A stretch of 64,000 nt of DNA from Candidatus Cloacimonadales bacterium (GCA_963662275.1 OY759316.1:256001-320000), one strand, 5' to 3'. Shown: positions 20,301 to 30,858, counted from the first letter of the stretch. Program-made: numbers and translations. The notes: a model not told the origin generated them from the sequence alone.

Positions 20301-23300
20301 ACCAGCCTTTATTATTAAGCGAAATGTCTGAGAAGAAATGCCATTTAAACATAACATTGTTACCAGCATAAGAACTTAGGTCAAAAGTTGCCGTACCTGT
20401 CACGGCTACACCTGTTGAAGCACTTGAATATGCAGGATGAATTGCCAAATTAGTGGAACTGTTCGGATAACCGCCAGTTGGGCTGATAAGCGTCCAGTTT
20501 GTACCTGCATCAGTGGAAATATATACAACACCTCCGTCATAATTCGCTTCTGTACAGAATAAGTGCCAGAAGGATAGTGTTGCTCCTGTTCCAATCGGGA
20601 TTACTGGGCTGAACAGTTCCCAAGTTGTATTATCTGGATAATTTGAAGTCAAATCTGTTCCCCATAAATGAGTCGTATTCTCTGTAATTTTCGATGTCAA
20701 ACCCCATGCCCATCCTGAGGTTGAAGAGAAAGAACCATTATTTGATTCAAAATCAGTTGTCATACCTGAAGTACCTATAGTCATCTGAATTACCTGGTTA
20801 ACAGTGGTCATACTGGTTCCAGTAATTGCCAAGTTAAATGATACCACAGTTCCATTTGTTATGGTACCTAAATTGACACGGAATGCTTTCTGGAGTTTTG
20901 TACTTGCAGCCGAAGTACCACATGCAAGCGATGTATCCAGCAAAGTAACATTTGGAGAGGTTGTGCTCATTGTCATATTGACATTGGAGACATCAATTGA
21001 GCTTGTGTTATTTGTGTTGACTACTAGTAAAATGGATTCATTCGAATTTGGAATCCCATTGTTATTACCACCTTGGTCATTAATGAAATAATTGTCATAA
21101 TACAAGCCAGGTTTCACAACATTGATACTGAATACCTTTTGAAATGTTCCTTCCGTACACGAGATATTTAATGTAACTAGTATAGAATAATTATTGGGGC
21201 AACCAGATGCAATATGAACCTGGAAATAGCTTAATCCCCAGGCTGATTGATCGGGATCTAGATTAGAATAACTTACAGTTGGCGTTGTGATAGAAATATA
21301 GGGATCAGTAGAAGACAGTGTTGCACTGATATTATGTCCTGCCTGCATTCCTATATTGCTAAGAGATATACCAATCTGGACATCTTCATTCGGTTCTATG
21401 ATGCTGTTGTTCCCATCCAGGAGAGTCTTATCAGAAGTAGTCAGGTATGCACTTGAATGGAATTCAGGAGCACTTGTGATCAATAATGCTTTGAGGTTTA
21501 CTAAAGAATCAGCAGTGCTAGGATAAGTTCTATTAAAGGAATATTGTATCCCATCAGTACCGGTATGGTCTTTGATACCAATTGTGGCATAACAGCCATG
21601 TGTTGGCGGATAGACAGTTGAACCTGCATCTACGTTATTAAAGACTTTGTATTGCAATTTGATATTACCTTCACCATTACTTGTCGGATAGTAAAAAGGA
21701 TCATAAAGTATAGCCTGGAAGGTCTCTTCAGAAGTCTGATTATATCCGTTCTTTGCCTGGTACCACTCCACAACCCAATAATGCAAACTACTATCATAAT
21801 ATTGGTAAACTCCACTGCCCGTAGGCAAACTCAAATCATCCCAGAAAGCTGCGATCATAGGGTTGGGACCTAATGCACCTGGTAATGTATAGTTTCTGAA
21901 TTCACCATCCGTGCTTGCTCCTAAGCTTATGAAACCGTTCGAACAGATGCTTGCTTCTGTATAATTCCTTCCATATAATCTGAATGTAAAAGGTAATATG
22001 ACAGTTGTAATTGAGTTAGAGCCAGTTTGATCACCTTCATCTGTTGTTAGCGGTACACCCACATCCGTAACTGGAACAAGGGTTCCAAGACCACCTTCGG
22101 GTGTAGCGATTTCTATCCAGGAATAGGTAGGGGCTACTGCATAACTGATATCACCAGTATCATATATTACATGACCGAAGGCATCAGGACCTGTAGGGTC
22201 GGCAATGTCAACGACACCGATATTTAAGGTAATAGGTTCAGTTTCAGAATATCCAAGGCTATTATAAAAATTTACGTTCATGGGGATGACCATACCAGGC
22301 ACTAAAATACTATTACCTGTTATTGTGAACGGGTTTGAAGTACAGGTAGCGGTCGAGCCATTGTTAACTGTACCAAAATAGGCAATGTCATCGCTTACAG
22401 TAACCAAGGAATTGAGCGGTATCAATTGTGCGTAAACTGTATTCGTGGGTATCTGTCCATTATTCTGGATTGTAAGGATCAAATTCGTTGTTTCACCCGG
22501 ATCAAGAACACCATTTCCACTATCCGAGATGTTGACATTCGTAATATCCATATCACCGCTTCTAGCCAACACCTGGAATGAGAAACTATATCTTCCAGTG
22601 CCAGAATCACTGCAATTCAGTTTGAAATTGAGCATCGTATTATCGGGTATGTTTTGTGCAATACTGAAGAGATACTTTGTTGCTCCATTTGCTATTGCTC
22701 CCGCAGCAATATTGCCGTATGATACGTTGGGTGTGAGTATCGTTACTCCCGTTGAAGTGGTGCTCAGTACTCCACTGATTAAATTCAGTTGAGAAGTAGT
22801 CGTATTTTTTACTGCTAACTGTAATTCGATAGTTTCACCTGCATTGGCAACTCCATTACTGTTTCCAACAGAAGGCGCAACATTATTATCATCAATGGAT
22901 TGACTGCTATAAACCAAACCACCTGCTGCTCCGATGGAGACAGTCTTGACATTTGGTTTGAAATTCTGTTTAGATACTGTCACCGTGAATGATCCAGTCA
23001 AGGTGGTTGGTATCATGGCAATATATTTACCATAGGAATCTGTTAGTCCGGTAACATGGACAGCACCACGTGTATAACAAGTGACGATCGCATTCGGAAC
23101 GGGATTTGCTGAGGCGTCGTTGACAGTGATTTCAACTTGATTTGAACCTGAAGGGACAGAAATCGATGCTCTAACACTAAGAGTATCTGGAATTCCTGTG
23201 AATACTTCTACTGTAGGATCACCTATCAAATTACAGATATTCATGAAAAATTCTGTAATATCAGGGTCCTGTGCATGATAGATTCGATGCAAGTATAATT

Positions 23301-24903
23301 TCCCATTTAGAAGTGCCTGCCCCATTGTATGCATATCATAGTTGTAAATCCCATCAAAAATTCCACCATCGAGACAGTTGTTCAGCATGGTATGCGTACT
23401 GGAAGTAGCCATGCCTATAGCAGTCACAGAGCCTTTGGGTGATGCTTCAAGACCAAGCCTGGTAAGAGATTCTGTTGTGGAAGTACTACCGTTGAAAGTA
23501 CCTGTTGCACAAGTAATGATAACAGCATGGGGTACTTTATTACCATTCAACATGGAACTTGAAGTTGGTGACCAACTGCTCATACCAATGTATCCCCTGT
23601 AATTAAAAAACCCTACCCCTGTTGTGAATCCTGTATCAATAGAACTTGGGAATGGAGCAGCATATGTTTCTAAAAAAGAATATGACGGGTTATGAATTGC
23701 AGCTATTTCCTTGATGAATTTATTTGTATAGATAGTAGAAATACCGGATGAACTGGTATCTCCAACAAGAAGTAGCCGATTTAGCCAGGAAGCTGATGCA
23801 ATATCTAAATCCCGCTCGTATAGAAAACCTTTTTTGGTCATATTTAAAAAATCATTAGTGCTGGAAATCGATATACGACCGATAAGCATATCGCCCAATA
23901 AGTCGCTTCCTGCTAAAAGTGTATATTGATAATCACAATCGTTGCTAGTTGACCATGCTGAAGTTGACCAAGTTGGTATCGTAAATGTACCGGTTGCGTC
24001 GCCGATGAGAATAAGGTAAGTGGGACGAACTGAAACACTGTCATACGCCGCTTGGATAATGGTTTTTACACTTGTATTTGTAGGCGTTGGAGAAGAAGGA
24101 AGCATACGGGATGAAACAAGATAACCTTTCTGTTTTTTCCAATCTATCAGGTTGTACAAACGTGTGAGGAATGTGGAATCCGTTGTGTAAGGATAAATCA
24201 TCAGGATTCTTTCCTGCGTATAAGCGGCTGTCACATCTCGAGTAGAACCGTAATTCAAAATTTGCGCACGATAAAGGGGTTCAAAACTTGGTGAAATTGA
24301 TATAGGCGCTTCCATCTCATTTACACCTCTAGTGGAGGTAAAATGAAAACGAACCTGGATTTTCTGATCAACGTTTAATGATTTTGTCCTCGCATCATAG
24401 GAAAATGGATTTATGGTAACGTTTACAATTCTGATTTCACGTAGAATTTCAGGATCTGAAGCTTGTATTTTCTGTTGTGGATAAAGACTGCCAGTTTCAT
24501 AATAGGAACGATTCATTCGAAAAGAACTTGGTGCTGCGGTACTTTCATCCTGTTGGGGATAAGGAATGAAATTCTGTAAACGATTGTTCTCAATGCCAAG
24601 AATTTCAGTTGTCACACTACCATGGTAAGGTATGGCGATATTGATTGAATAATTCGGTACATCCGGCATTCCAGGCTGCAATAGCTGACCTGAATCTTTT
24701 GTTACGATTTTCTTAAAATCAATGCCATCCACTGTTTTTGTTTCCAGTTGATATGATGGCAAAGTGAATTCAACATCAAGGAATTGCGATGATTGCTGAA
24801 TGACTTTAAAAGGTGTTGTTTGTGGAACAGATGTACTGTTCGTTGTGGCAGCCAGTAAAAGGCTGCAAGAAATTAGGATAAAAATGAGGATTAGATTTTT
24901 CAT
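17359..24903 (-). CDS. Gingipain-like C25 family protein, paralog 1: propeptide, C25 domain, Ig/adhesin-like modules, FN3-like repeat stalk, FN3-like C-terminal domain
   Basis: Start moved to ATG 24903 (MKNLILIF) behind a GGAGAG RBS. Propeptide PGMPDVP; WKKQKGY; YLILIGDA; IGRISIS; NYRGY; ITCATG; NLIGDPT. Seven ~99-aa repeats near the C-terminus. Confidence 0.85.
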   Translation of the reverse strand: MKNLILIFILISCSLLLAATTNSTSVPQTTPFKVIQQSSQFLDVEFTLPSYQLETKTVDGIDFKKIVTKDSGQLLQPGMPDVPNYSINIAIPYHGSVTTEILGIENNRLQNFIPYPQQDESTAAPSSFRMNRSYYETGSLYPQQKIQASDPEILREIRIVNVTINPFSYDARTKSLNVDQKIQVRFHFTSTRGVNEMEAPISISPSFEPLYRAQILNYGSTRDVTAAYTQERILMIYPYTTDSTFLTRLYNLIDWKKQKGYLVSSRMLPSSPTPTNTSVKTIIQAAYDSVSVRPTYLILIGDATGTFTIPTWSTSAWSTSNDCDYQYTLLAGSDLLGDMLIGRISISSTNDFLNMTKKGFLYERDLDIASASWLNRLLLVGDTSSSGISTIYTNKFIKEIAAIHNPSYSFLETYAAPFPSSIDTGFTTGVGFFNYRGYIGMSSWSPTSSSMLNGNKVPHAVIITCATGTFNGSTSTTESLTRLGLEASPKGSVTAIGMATSSTHTMLNNCLDGGIFDGIYNYDMHTMGQALLNGKLYLHRIYHAQDPDITEFFMNICNLIGDPTVEVFTGIPDTLSVRASISVPSGSNQVEITVNDASANPVPNAIVTCYTRGAVHVTGLTDSYGKYIAMIPTTLTGSFTVTVSKQNFKPNVKTVSIGAAGGLVYSSQSIDDNNVAPSVGNSNGVANAGETIELQLAVKNTTTSQLNLISGVLSTTSTGVTILTPNVSYGNIAAGAIANGATKYLFSIAQNIPDNTMLNFKLNCSDSGTGRYSFSFQVLARSGDMDITNVNISDSGNGVLDPGETTNLILTIQNNGQIPTNTVYAQLIPLNSLVTVSDDIAYFGTVNNGSTATCTSNPFTITGNSILVPGMVIPMNVNFYNSLGYSETEPITLNIGVVDIADPTGPDAFGHVIYDTGDISYAVAPTYSWIEIATPEGGLGTLVPVTDVGVPLTTDEGDQTGSNSITTVILPFTFRLYGRNYTEASICSNGFISLGASTDGEFRNYTLPGALGPNPMIAAFWDDLSLPTGSGVYQYYDSSLHYWVVEWYQAKNGYNQTSEETFQAILYDPFYYPTSNGEGNIKLQYKVFNNVDAGSTVYPPTHGCYATIGIKDHTGTDGIQYSFNRTYPSTADSLVNLKALLITSAPEFHSSAYLTTSDKTLLDGNNSIIEPNEDVQIGISLSNIGMQAGHNISATLSSTDPYISITTPTVSYSNLDPDQSAWGLSYFQVHIASGCPNNYSILVTLNISCTEGTFQKVFSINVVKPGLYYDNYFINDQGGNNNGIPNSNESILLVVNTNNTSSIDVSNVNMTMSTTSPNVTLLDTSLACGTSAASTKLQKAFRVNLGTITNGTVVSFNLAITGTSMTTVNQVIQMTIGTSGMTTDFESNNGSFSSTSGWAWGLTSKITENTTHLWGTDLTSNYPDNTTWELFSPVIPIGTGATLSFWHLFCTEANYDGGVVYISTDAGTNWTLISPTGGYPNSSTNLAIHPAYSSASTGVAVTGTATFDLSSYAGNNVMFKWHFFSDISLNNKGWFIDNVVISGVVTKTGKITGTITLSPTSPTITNTVVKASVYATHPASDGTYSIYLPNGTYSTIATLTNYTTPSTQSKTVSDVNPTQTANFTLELLVTPPTLSCTPAVGSIALNWSARDDRSLHFDHYNVWRKINADYYRKITEVAGTSYSDTPTINGSYSYQVTTVYTEGESSPSNTVTFNYPPPTPPNPVTLVSPANTATGITLLPTVSWTDNDRTGVKPLRSRSLTSTPNERSLSILINREPATDYYVYCDTNTDPTTLVGSPTASPYTFTTSLAYSTTYYWKVVAHNAYGTSTENSIRSFTTMADPTPPNPVTLVAPTAGATGQIILPQVSWTPAGTGTTPTVYYVYCDTNADPTTLVGSPTASPFTFTTPLAYSTTYKWKVVAHNANGNSTGNTVRSFTTMADPTPPNPVTLVAPTAGATGQIILPQVSWTPAGTGTTPTVYYVYCDTNTDPTTLVGSPTASPFTFTTPLAYSTTYKWKVVAHNANGNSTGNTVRSFTTMADPTPPNPVTLVAPTAGATGQIILPQVSWTPAGTGTTPTVYYVYCDTNTDPTTLVGSPTASPFTFTTPLAYSTTYKWKVVAHNANGNSTSNTVRSFSTMADPTPPNPVTLVAPTAGATGQIILPQVSWTPAGTGTTPTVYYVYCDTNTDPTTLVGSPTASPFTFTTPLAYSTTYKWKVVAHNANGNSTGNTVRSFTTMADPTPPNPVTLVAPTAGATGQIILPQVSWTPAGTGTTPTVYYVYCDTNTDPTTLVGSPTASPFTFTTPLAYSTTYKWKVVAHNANGNSTSNTVRSFTTMADPTPPNPVTLVSPSDSASTVISMPTLRWSPAAAGTPATVYYVYCDTNADPTTLVGSPTDSSFAFTSPLSYATTYYWKVVAHNVNGNSTSNSIRSFTTLPDQTQLQAPDNVTAIKTESGIEVSWDTVLGATTYNIYAVTDPTVTEWGSPIATIDATTTTWVDTSGLDYRFYHVTANNTSK
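17894..19378 (-). repeat. Intragenic tandem repeat, 5 x 297 bp near-identical (99-aa FN3-like units), with divergent flanking units spanning ~17600-19750
   Basis: GGATCTGCCA anchor at 17894, 18191, 18488, 18785, 19082 and 19379 (exact 297-bp period). Confidence 0.95.
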
Positions 24904-25369
24904 TAGACTCTCCATATCAACGCAGAATACTATTAAGATGAATATTTTTCATGCAATATATATTCTAATATCAATGAATTTGCAAAATCAGACGAGAGGT
25001 TGTAAAAAAACTGGATAGTGTTATGTGGGAATCGTAGAATAGATGGTTTGGAATATTTGTTTAATTATCAAGAAATATCCATATATATTCATAATAACAC
25101 CTGTTTTAATATCAACTGGATGATGCCCTTCAAAACTACCCAGAGATCATCGAGACTCTCTTGATTTTCGTTTATTATTTATGTTCACTTCCTGCTAATT
25201 TTCTATATTTTCCATTATGTTTGACACATAAAGCATATTTCCAAGTATCATCAATACGAAATTGTGTCATTATTTTGTGATACATTACTTGGAAATCTGA
25301 AGATGTTGTCTTGGATTTGTATTTTTCAATGAATCGGTATTTGGAATAGCTACAGTTTTTGGTAGTAAT

Positions 25370-25407
25370 AAAAGGGAACACAATCTAAAGATGGCGTTCC
25401 CTTTTTT
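25370..25407. terminator. Intrinsic terminator after C25 paralog 2
   Basis: AAAAGGGAAC...GTTCCCTTTTTT hairpin 13 bp past the stop at 25420. Confidence 0.65.
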
Positions 25408-25419
25408 ATGTCATTTTAA

Positions 25420-28400
25420 CTAATTTTTTCTCACGGTTTGATCAATTTCCTTAGTTATTGCACTTCGTGATACATCTGCGGTAACACGATAGAAACGGCG
25501 ATCCAAGCCTGAAGTATCTGTCCATGAAGTTAGCGGAAAAGCAACTGTAGTAATAGGTGTTCCCAATTCTTCATTGCTAAGGTCATTAACAGCATAAATA
25601 CGGTAAATCGTAGCGGTAGCAACAGGACTCCAATTAATCTGAACGCCACTTACAGTTTTTACGACGTTGACATTCGTAGGTGTTGGCAATTGAACAGGTG
25701 GGGGGTATGTGAAAGTAACCGTATTACTGGGAGCGCTTTCACCTTCGGTATATTCAGTCGTTATCTGATATGAATATGTTCCATTGATTGTTGGCGTATC
25801 AGTATAATTTGTGGAAGTCACTTCTATAATTTTGCGATAACTATCAGCATTGATCTTTCTCCAGATATTATAATGAACGAAATGCACTAACCTGTCGTTA
25901 CGAGCTGACCAATTCAAGGGAATTGATCCAACAACGGGGTTGCACGTCAAAGTCGGAGGAGAAGCCAAGAATTCCAGGGTGAAATTGCCTGTCTGTGTTG
26001 GATTGGCATCAGACACAGTCAATGACTGTGTGGATGGTGATGAATAATAGGTGAGTGCTGCTGATGTTGTGTATGTTCCATTGGGAACATACAACGAATA
26101 TGTGCCATTGGAAGCAGGATGAGTCGCATAAGTACCAGCTTTTACATTGGTATTTGTTACATTGGGATTTGTAGGTGAAAGTGTGATTGTTCCCGTAACT
26201 TTACCTGTTTTGGAGACAACCCCGGAAACAACAACATTATCAATGAACCAGCCTTTGTTATTTCTTCCAATATCGGAAAAGAAATGCCATTTGAATATAA
26301 CTGTCTGGTTAGCATATGCACTTAGATCAAAGGTTGCTGTACCTGATGTACCAGTAGTTGGTGTTGGATATGCGCAGGAGTATGCAGGTCTAATTGCCAA
26401 ATGTGCGTTGTTATTTGGATATCCACCATTAGGGCTGATGATCGTCCAATTTGTTCCACTATCAGTGGAAATGTAAACAACACCACCATCGAAGTTTGCT
26501 TCAACGAGATAATAATGCCAGAAAGAAAGAATAGCGTTTGTACCGATAGTGATTGATGGACTGTAAAGATCAAAAGTTGCATTATCAGGGTAATTGGCAG
26601 TCAAATCAGTACACCAGACATGGGTAGTATTCTCTGTGATCTTTGAAGATACTCCCCATTGCCAACCAGGAGGTAATGTTGGTACTGCTGCAGTAAAATT
26701 ACCATTACTCGTTTCAAAGTCAGTATTGATACCCGTTGCACCAACAATCATGGTGATTATTTGGTTTACAGTTGAAATATTATCACCGGTGATACAAAGG
26801 TTAAAGGTAATGACAGTACCATTTGCAATTGTACCAAGATTGACACGGAATGTTTTCTGTAGTTTTGTACCTGCTGATGCAGTTCCACATGAAAGTGATG
26901 TATCCAGTAATGTGACATTGGGAGAAGTTGTGCTCATGGTCATATTCACATTGGAAACATCGACTAAACCTGTATTATTTGTATTTACTACGAGAAGAAT
27001 GGATTCATTAGTATTTGGAATGCCATTGTTATTACCATTCTGGTCATTGAGTAAAAAACTATCATAGACTAATCCCGGTTTCACTACCTCAATAGTAAAG
27101 TATTTTTGCCAGGTTCCCTCGGTGGATGTGATATTCATTGTAATTGGTATAGAATAACCGTTAGGACAATTGGAGGCAATATAAACCTGGTAATAACTTA
27201 ATCCCCAAGCTGTTTGGCTAGGATTAATATCTGGATAATTCGCATTTGAAGTTGTGAATGATATGTATGGGTCAGAAGAAGAAAGAGTGGCACTGACATT
27301 ATGTCCTGTCTGTAATCCATCATTGATGAGAGAAACACCGATTTGCACATTTTCATTCGGTTCAATGATGCCATTGTTTCCATCCTGTAATGTTTTTTCT
27401 GATATTGTCAGGTATGCATCTGTATGGCTTTCAGGAGCACCTGTTATCAATAATGCTTTTTCATTACCTAAAGCTGCTGCCGATGTAGGATATGTGTTAT
27501 TAAAAGTATATTGAATACCATCGATTCCGGTATGATCTTTGATGCCGATTGTAGTATAACAACCATGTGTTGGTGAAGAATTTCCGACATCGACGTTGTT
27601 GAAAACCTTGTATTGCAGTTTGATCATGCCATCCCCAGTACTGGTCGGATAGTAAATTGGATCATACAGAATTGCCTGGAAGGTTTCTTCAGAACTCTGG
27701 TTGTACCCATTCTTTGCCAGGTACCACTCGACTACCCAATAATGTAAACCGCTATTATAATACTGATATACTCCGCTTCCAGCAGGTAAACTTAAATCAT
27801 CCCAGAAAGCTGCAATCATGGGATTTGGACCTAATGCCCCAGGCAGTGTATAATTTCTGAATTCTCCATCCAAACTTGAACCCATACTTATGAATCCGTT
27901 CGAACAAATACTAGCTTGTGTATAATCTTTACCATATAATGTAAAAGTGAAAGGTAAAGAAACTGTGGTTATGCTCGTAATGACAGAATTAACGATTTGA
28001 TCACCTTCATCACTTGTTGTACCGACATCTGTTACCGCGACCTGTGTTCCTGGTCCACCGATAGGAGTAGCGATTTCGATCCATGAATATAGTGGAGCAT
28101 CAGGATAATTGGCATCTCCCATATCATAGATGAAATGTCCGAAAGCATCCGGACCGGTCGGGTCAGTAATGTGAACAACACCGATATTTAGCGTGATTGG
28201 TTCAGTTTCAGCATGACCTAGACTGTTATAGAAATACACGTTCATGGGAATTACCATCCCTGGTAACAACTGGGACATACCGGTTATTCTGAATGGGTCT
28301 GAACTGCATGTAGCTGTTGAACCATTATTCACAGTTCCAAAGTATGCAACAGAGTCACTGACTGTGACCATCGAACCTATCGGTCTTAATTTAGCATAAA

Positions 28401-30858
28401 CGGCAGTTGTAGGTATTTGTCCATTATTTTGGATAGTCAGGATTAGATTGCTTGTTTCGCCGGGATCAAGTACACCATTTCCGCTATCCGAAATGTTTAC
28501 ATTTGTAATATCCATATCTCCGCTTCTTGCTAACACATGGAAAGATATTGCAAATCTTCCTGTGCCTGAATCACTGCAATTCAATTTGAAATCAAGCATG
28601 GTATTATCTGGGATATAATGTGCAAGTCTGAATAAGTACTTTGTTACTCCATTGGCAACAGCACCTGCAGAAATATTACCATAAGAAACCCCGGATGTAT
28701 AGATTGTCACACCTGCTGATGTTGTACTTAGTACACCACTGATGGAATTCAACAGCGCTGAAGTTGTATTTTTTAAGCTAACCTGTAATTCGACAAATTC
28801 ACCGGTATTAGCGATTCCGTTTCCATTACCGTTGGAGGGCGCACTGGCATCATCATCAATCGTTTGACCATTATACACTAAACTACCGGCAGCAAGGATT
28901 GAAACAGTGCTAACAGTGGGTTTGAAATTCTGTTTGGAAACGGTCACGGTAAAGGAACCAGTCAAAGTTGAAGGAATTGTGACGATTAATCTACCATCCG
29001 AATCAGTCAATCCGGTTATATGCACTATTCCACGTGTATAACAAGTAACGATCGCATTTTTTACTGGATTTGCAGAGGCATCATTTACCACAATTTCTAT
29101 TTCATTTGTACCTGCAGGTATTGAATTAGGTATTCTGGCACTAAAGGTGTTTGGAATTCCGGTAAAAACTTCTATTGTTGGGTCTCCCATCAAATTACAG
29201 ATATGCTGAAAAGATTCAGACAACACCGGATCAGGAGTATAATAGATCCGATGCAGATACAATTTACCATTGAGAAGAGCTTGTCCCATTGTATGCATGT
29301 CATAGGTATAGATACCATCGAAAATACCACCATTAAGGCAGTTATTCAGCATGGTGTGTGTACCTATAGTTGACATCCCGATAGCGGTCACTGAACCTTT
29401 GGGTGTATCAGAAGTTCCAAGTCTGGTTAATTGTTCTGTATAGTCATCACCACTTGCATAATCGCCAGTTCCACAGGTAATAATCACCGCATGATTCAAC
29501 TTAATTCCATTTACTAGATTCGTAGCGGATGGAGACCATCCACTCATTCCAAGATAACCTCGGTAATTAAAAAATCCCACACCGGTATTGATACCGGAAT
29601 TAATAGAACTCGAAAATGGTGAAGTGTAATACTCCAAATATGAAAGAGCGGGGTTGTGAATCGTAGAGATTTCCTTAATAAATTTATTCGTATATATAGT
29701 TGAAGCACCTGAATTGCTCGGATCACCGACAAGAAGAAGTTTATTCAGCCAGGACGCTGTTGATATATCCAAATCTCTTTCATACAGGTAACCCTTTCCA
29801 GTAATTGTCTGAAAATCTGTTGTGTTTGAAATAGAAATGCGTCCGATGAGAACATCACCGAGTAAATCTCCACCTGCCAGTAAAGTGTATGGATAATCGC
29901 CTTCTCCATTGTAGTTGGACCAGGCATGCATCCATACTGGAATAGAGAAAGTACCAGAGGCATCACCGATAAGGATGACAAAAGTGGGACGAACCGAGAC
30001 GCTGTCGTATGCAGCCTGGATGATAGTTTTTACGCTGGTGTTGGTTGGTGATTCAGGAAGCATCCGTGAAGAAACTAAGTAACCTTTCTGCTTTTTCCAA
30101 TCGATAAGTTGATAAAGACGAGTCAGAAATGTTGAATCAGTTGTATAAGGGTAAATCATAAGTATTTTTTCTTGTGAATAGGGTAAAACTACATCTCGAT
30201 TATTACCATAATTCAGGATCTGGGCACGATAAATGGGTTCAAAACTTGGAGAGATTGAAGTGGGTATTTCCATTTCGTTCACACTCCTGGCAGAAGTAAA
30301 ATGAAAACGTACCTGAATTTTCTGGTCTACTGTTAGAGATTTCGTTCCAGCATTATAAGTAAAGGGATTGACGGTCACATTCACAATTCTCATTTCACGC
30401 AGAACCTCAGGCTCTGAAGTTAGTATCTTTTGCTGCGGATAAAGACCGCCTTTCTCATAGAAGGAATGATCCATGCGAAAAGTACCGGGAGTATCTTGAC
30501 TGATATCCTGTTGAGGAAAGGGATTGAAATTATGTAATTGATTATTTTCGATGCCAAGAATTTCTGTGGTCACAATACCATGATAAGGGATAGCAATGTT
30601 GACAGAATAATTCGGTACATCCGGCATTCCTGGTTTAAGTTGCTGACCGGCATTTTCTGTAACGATTTTTTGAAAATCGATACCCGAAACTTGTTCCGTT
30701 TTTAATTGATAGGATGGTAGAGTAAATTCTACATCTAAATATTGAGATGTCTGTTGTATAACTTTGAAAGGTGATGAAGAGACTGGTATACTGTTCTGTG
30801 AAAGAGCAAGTAACATGTTGCAAGAGACAAGAAAAAGAAGTAGGATTAGATTTTTCAT
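25420..30858 (-). CDS. Gingipain-like C25 family protein, paralog 2 (no repeat stalk)
   Basis: Start moved to ATG 30858 (MKNLILLL) behind a GGAGA RBS. Colinear with paralog 1, with long identical peptides (e.g. ILMIYPYTTDSTFLTRLY, GEFRNYTLPGALGPNPMIAAFWDDL). NYRGY and ITCGTG motifs. Confidence 0.85.
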   Translation of the reverse strand: MKNLILLLFLVSCNMLLALSQNSIPVSSSPFKVIQQTSQYLDVEFTLPSYQLKTEQVSGIDFQKIVTENAGQQLKPGMPDVPNYSVNIAIPYHGIVTTEILGIENNQLHNFNPFPQQDISQDTPGTFRMDHSFYEKGGLYPQQKILTSEPEVLREMRIVNVTVNPFTYNAGTKSLTVDQKIQVRFHFTSARSVNEMEIPTSISPSFEPIYRAQILNYGNNRDVVLPYSQEKILMIYPYTTDSTFLTRLYQLIDWKKQKGYLVSSRMLPESPTNTSVKTIIQAAYDSVSVRPTFVILIGDASGTFSIPVWMHAWSNYNGEGDYPYTLLAGGDLLGDVLIGRISISNTTDFQTITGKGYLYERDLDISTASWLNKLLLVGDPSNSGASTIYTNKFIKEISTIHNPALSYLEYYTSPFSSSINSGINTGVGFFNYRGYLGMSGWSPSATNLVNGIKLNHAVIITCGTGDYASGDDYTEQLTRLGTSDTPKGSVTAIGMSTIGTHTMLNNCLNGGIFDGIYTYDMHTMGQALLNGKLYLHRIYYTPDPVLSESFQHICNLMGDPTIEVFTGIPNTFSARIPNSIPAGTNEIEIVVNDASANPVKNAIVTCYTRGIVHITGLTDSDGRLIVTIPSTLTGSFTVTVSKQNFKPTVSTVSILAAGSLVYNGQTIDDDASAPSNGNGNGIANTGEFVELQVSLKNTTSALLNSISGVLSTTSAGVTIYTSGVSYGNISAGAVANGVTKYLFRLAHYIPDNTMLDFKLNCSDSGTGRFAISFHVLARSGDMDITNVNISDSGNGVLDPGETSNLILTIQNNGQIPTTAVYAKLRPIGSMVTVSDSVAYFGTVNNGSTATCSSDPFRITGMSQLLPGMVIPMNVYFYNSLGHAETEPITLNIGVVHITDPTGPDAFGHFIYDMGDANYPDAPLYSWIEIATPIGGPGTQVAVTDVGTTSDEGDQIVNSVITSITTVSLPFTFTLYGKDYTQASICSNGFISMGSSLDGEFRNYTLPGALGPNPMIAAFWDDLSLPAGSGVYQYYNSGLHYWVVEWYLAKNGYNQSSEETFQAILYDPIYYPTSTGDGMIKLQYKVFNNVDVGNSSPTHGCYTTIGIKDHTGIDGIQYTFNNTYPTSAAALGNEKALLITGAPESHTDAYLTISEKTLQDGNNGIIEPNENVQIGVSLINDGLQTGHNVSATLSSSDPYISFTTSNANYPDINPSQTAWGLSYYQVYIASNCPNGYSIPITMNITSTEGTWQKYFTIEVVKPGLVYDSFLLNDQNGNNNGIPNTNESILLVVNTNNTGLVDVSNVNMTMSTTSPNVTLLDTSLSCGTASAGTKLQKTFRVNLGTIANGTVITFNLCITGDNISTVNQIITMIVGATGINTDFETSNGNFTAAVPTLPPGWQWGVSSKITENTTHVWCTDLTANYPDNATFDLYSPSITIGTNAILSFWHYYLVEANFDGGVVYISTDSGTNWTIISPNGGYPNNNAHLAIRPAYSCAYPTPTTGTSGTATFDLSAYANQTVIFKWHFFSDIGRNNKGWFIDNVVVSGVVSKTGKVTGTITLSPTNPNVTNTNVKAGTYATHPASNGTYSLYVPNGTYTTSAALTYYSSPSTQSLTVSDANPTQTGNFTLEFLASPPTLTCNPVVGSIPLNWSARNDRLVHFVHYNIWRKINADSYRKIIEVTSTNYTDTPTINGTYSYQITTEYTEGESAPSNTVTFTYPPPVQLPTPTNVNVVKTVSGVQINWSPVATATIYRIYAVNDLSNEELGTPITTVAFPLTSWTDTSGLDRRFYRVTADVSRSAITKEIDQTVRKN

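Noticed and set aside
25175..25381. 68-aa ORF between the C25 paralogs
   Set aside because: Its start lies inside the terminator hairpin, with no RBS or recognisable motif.
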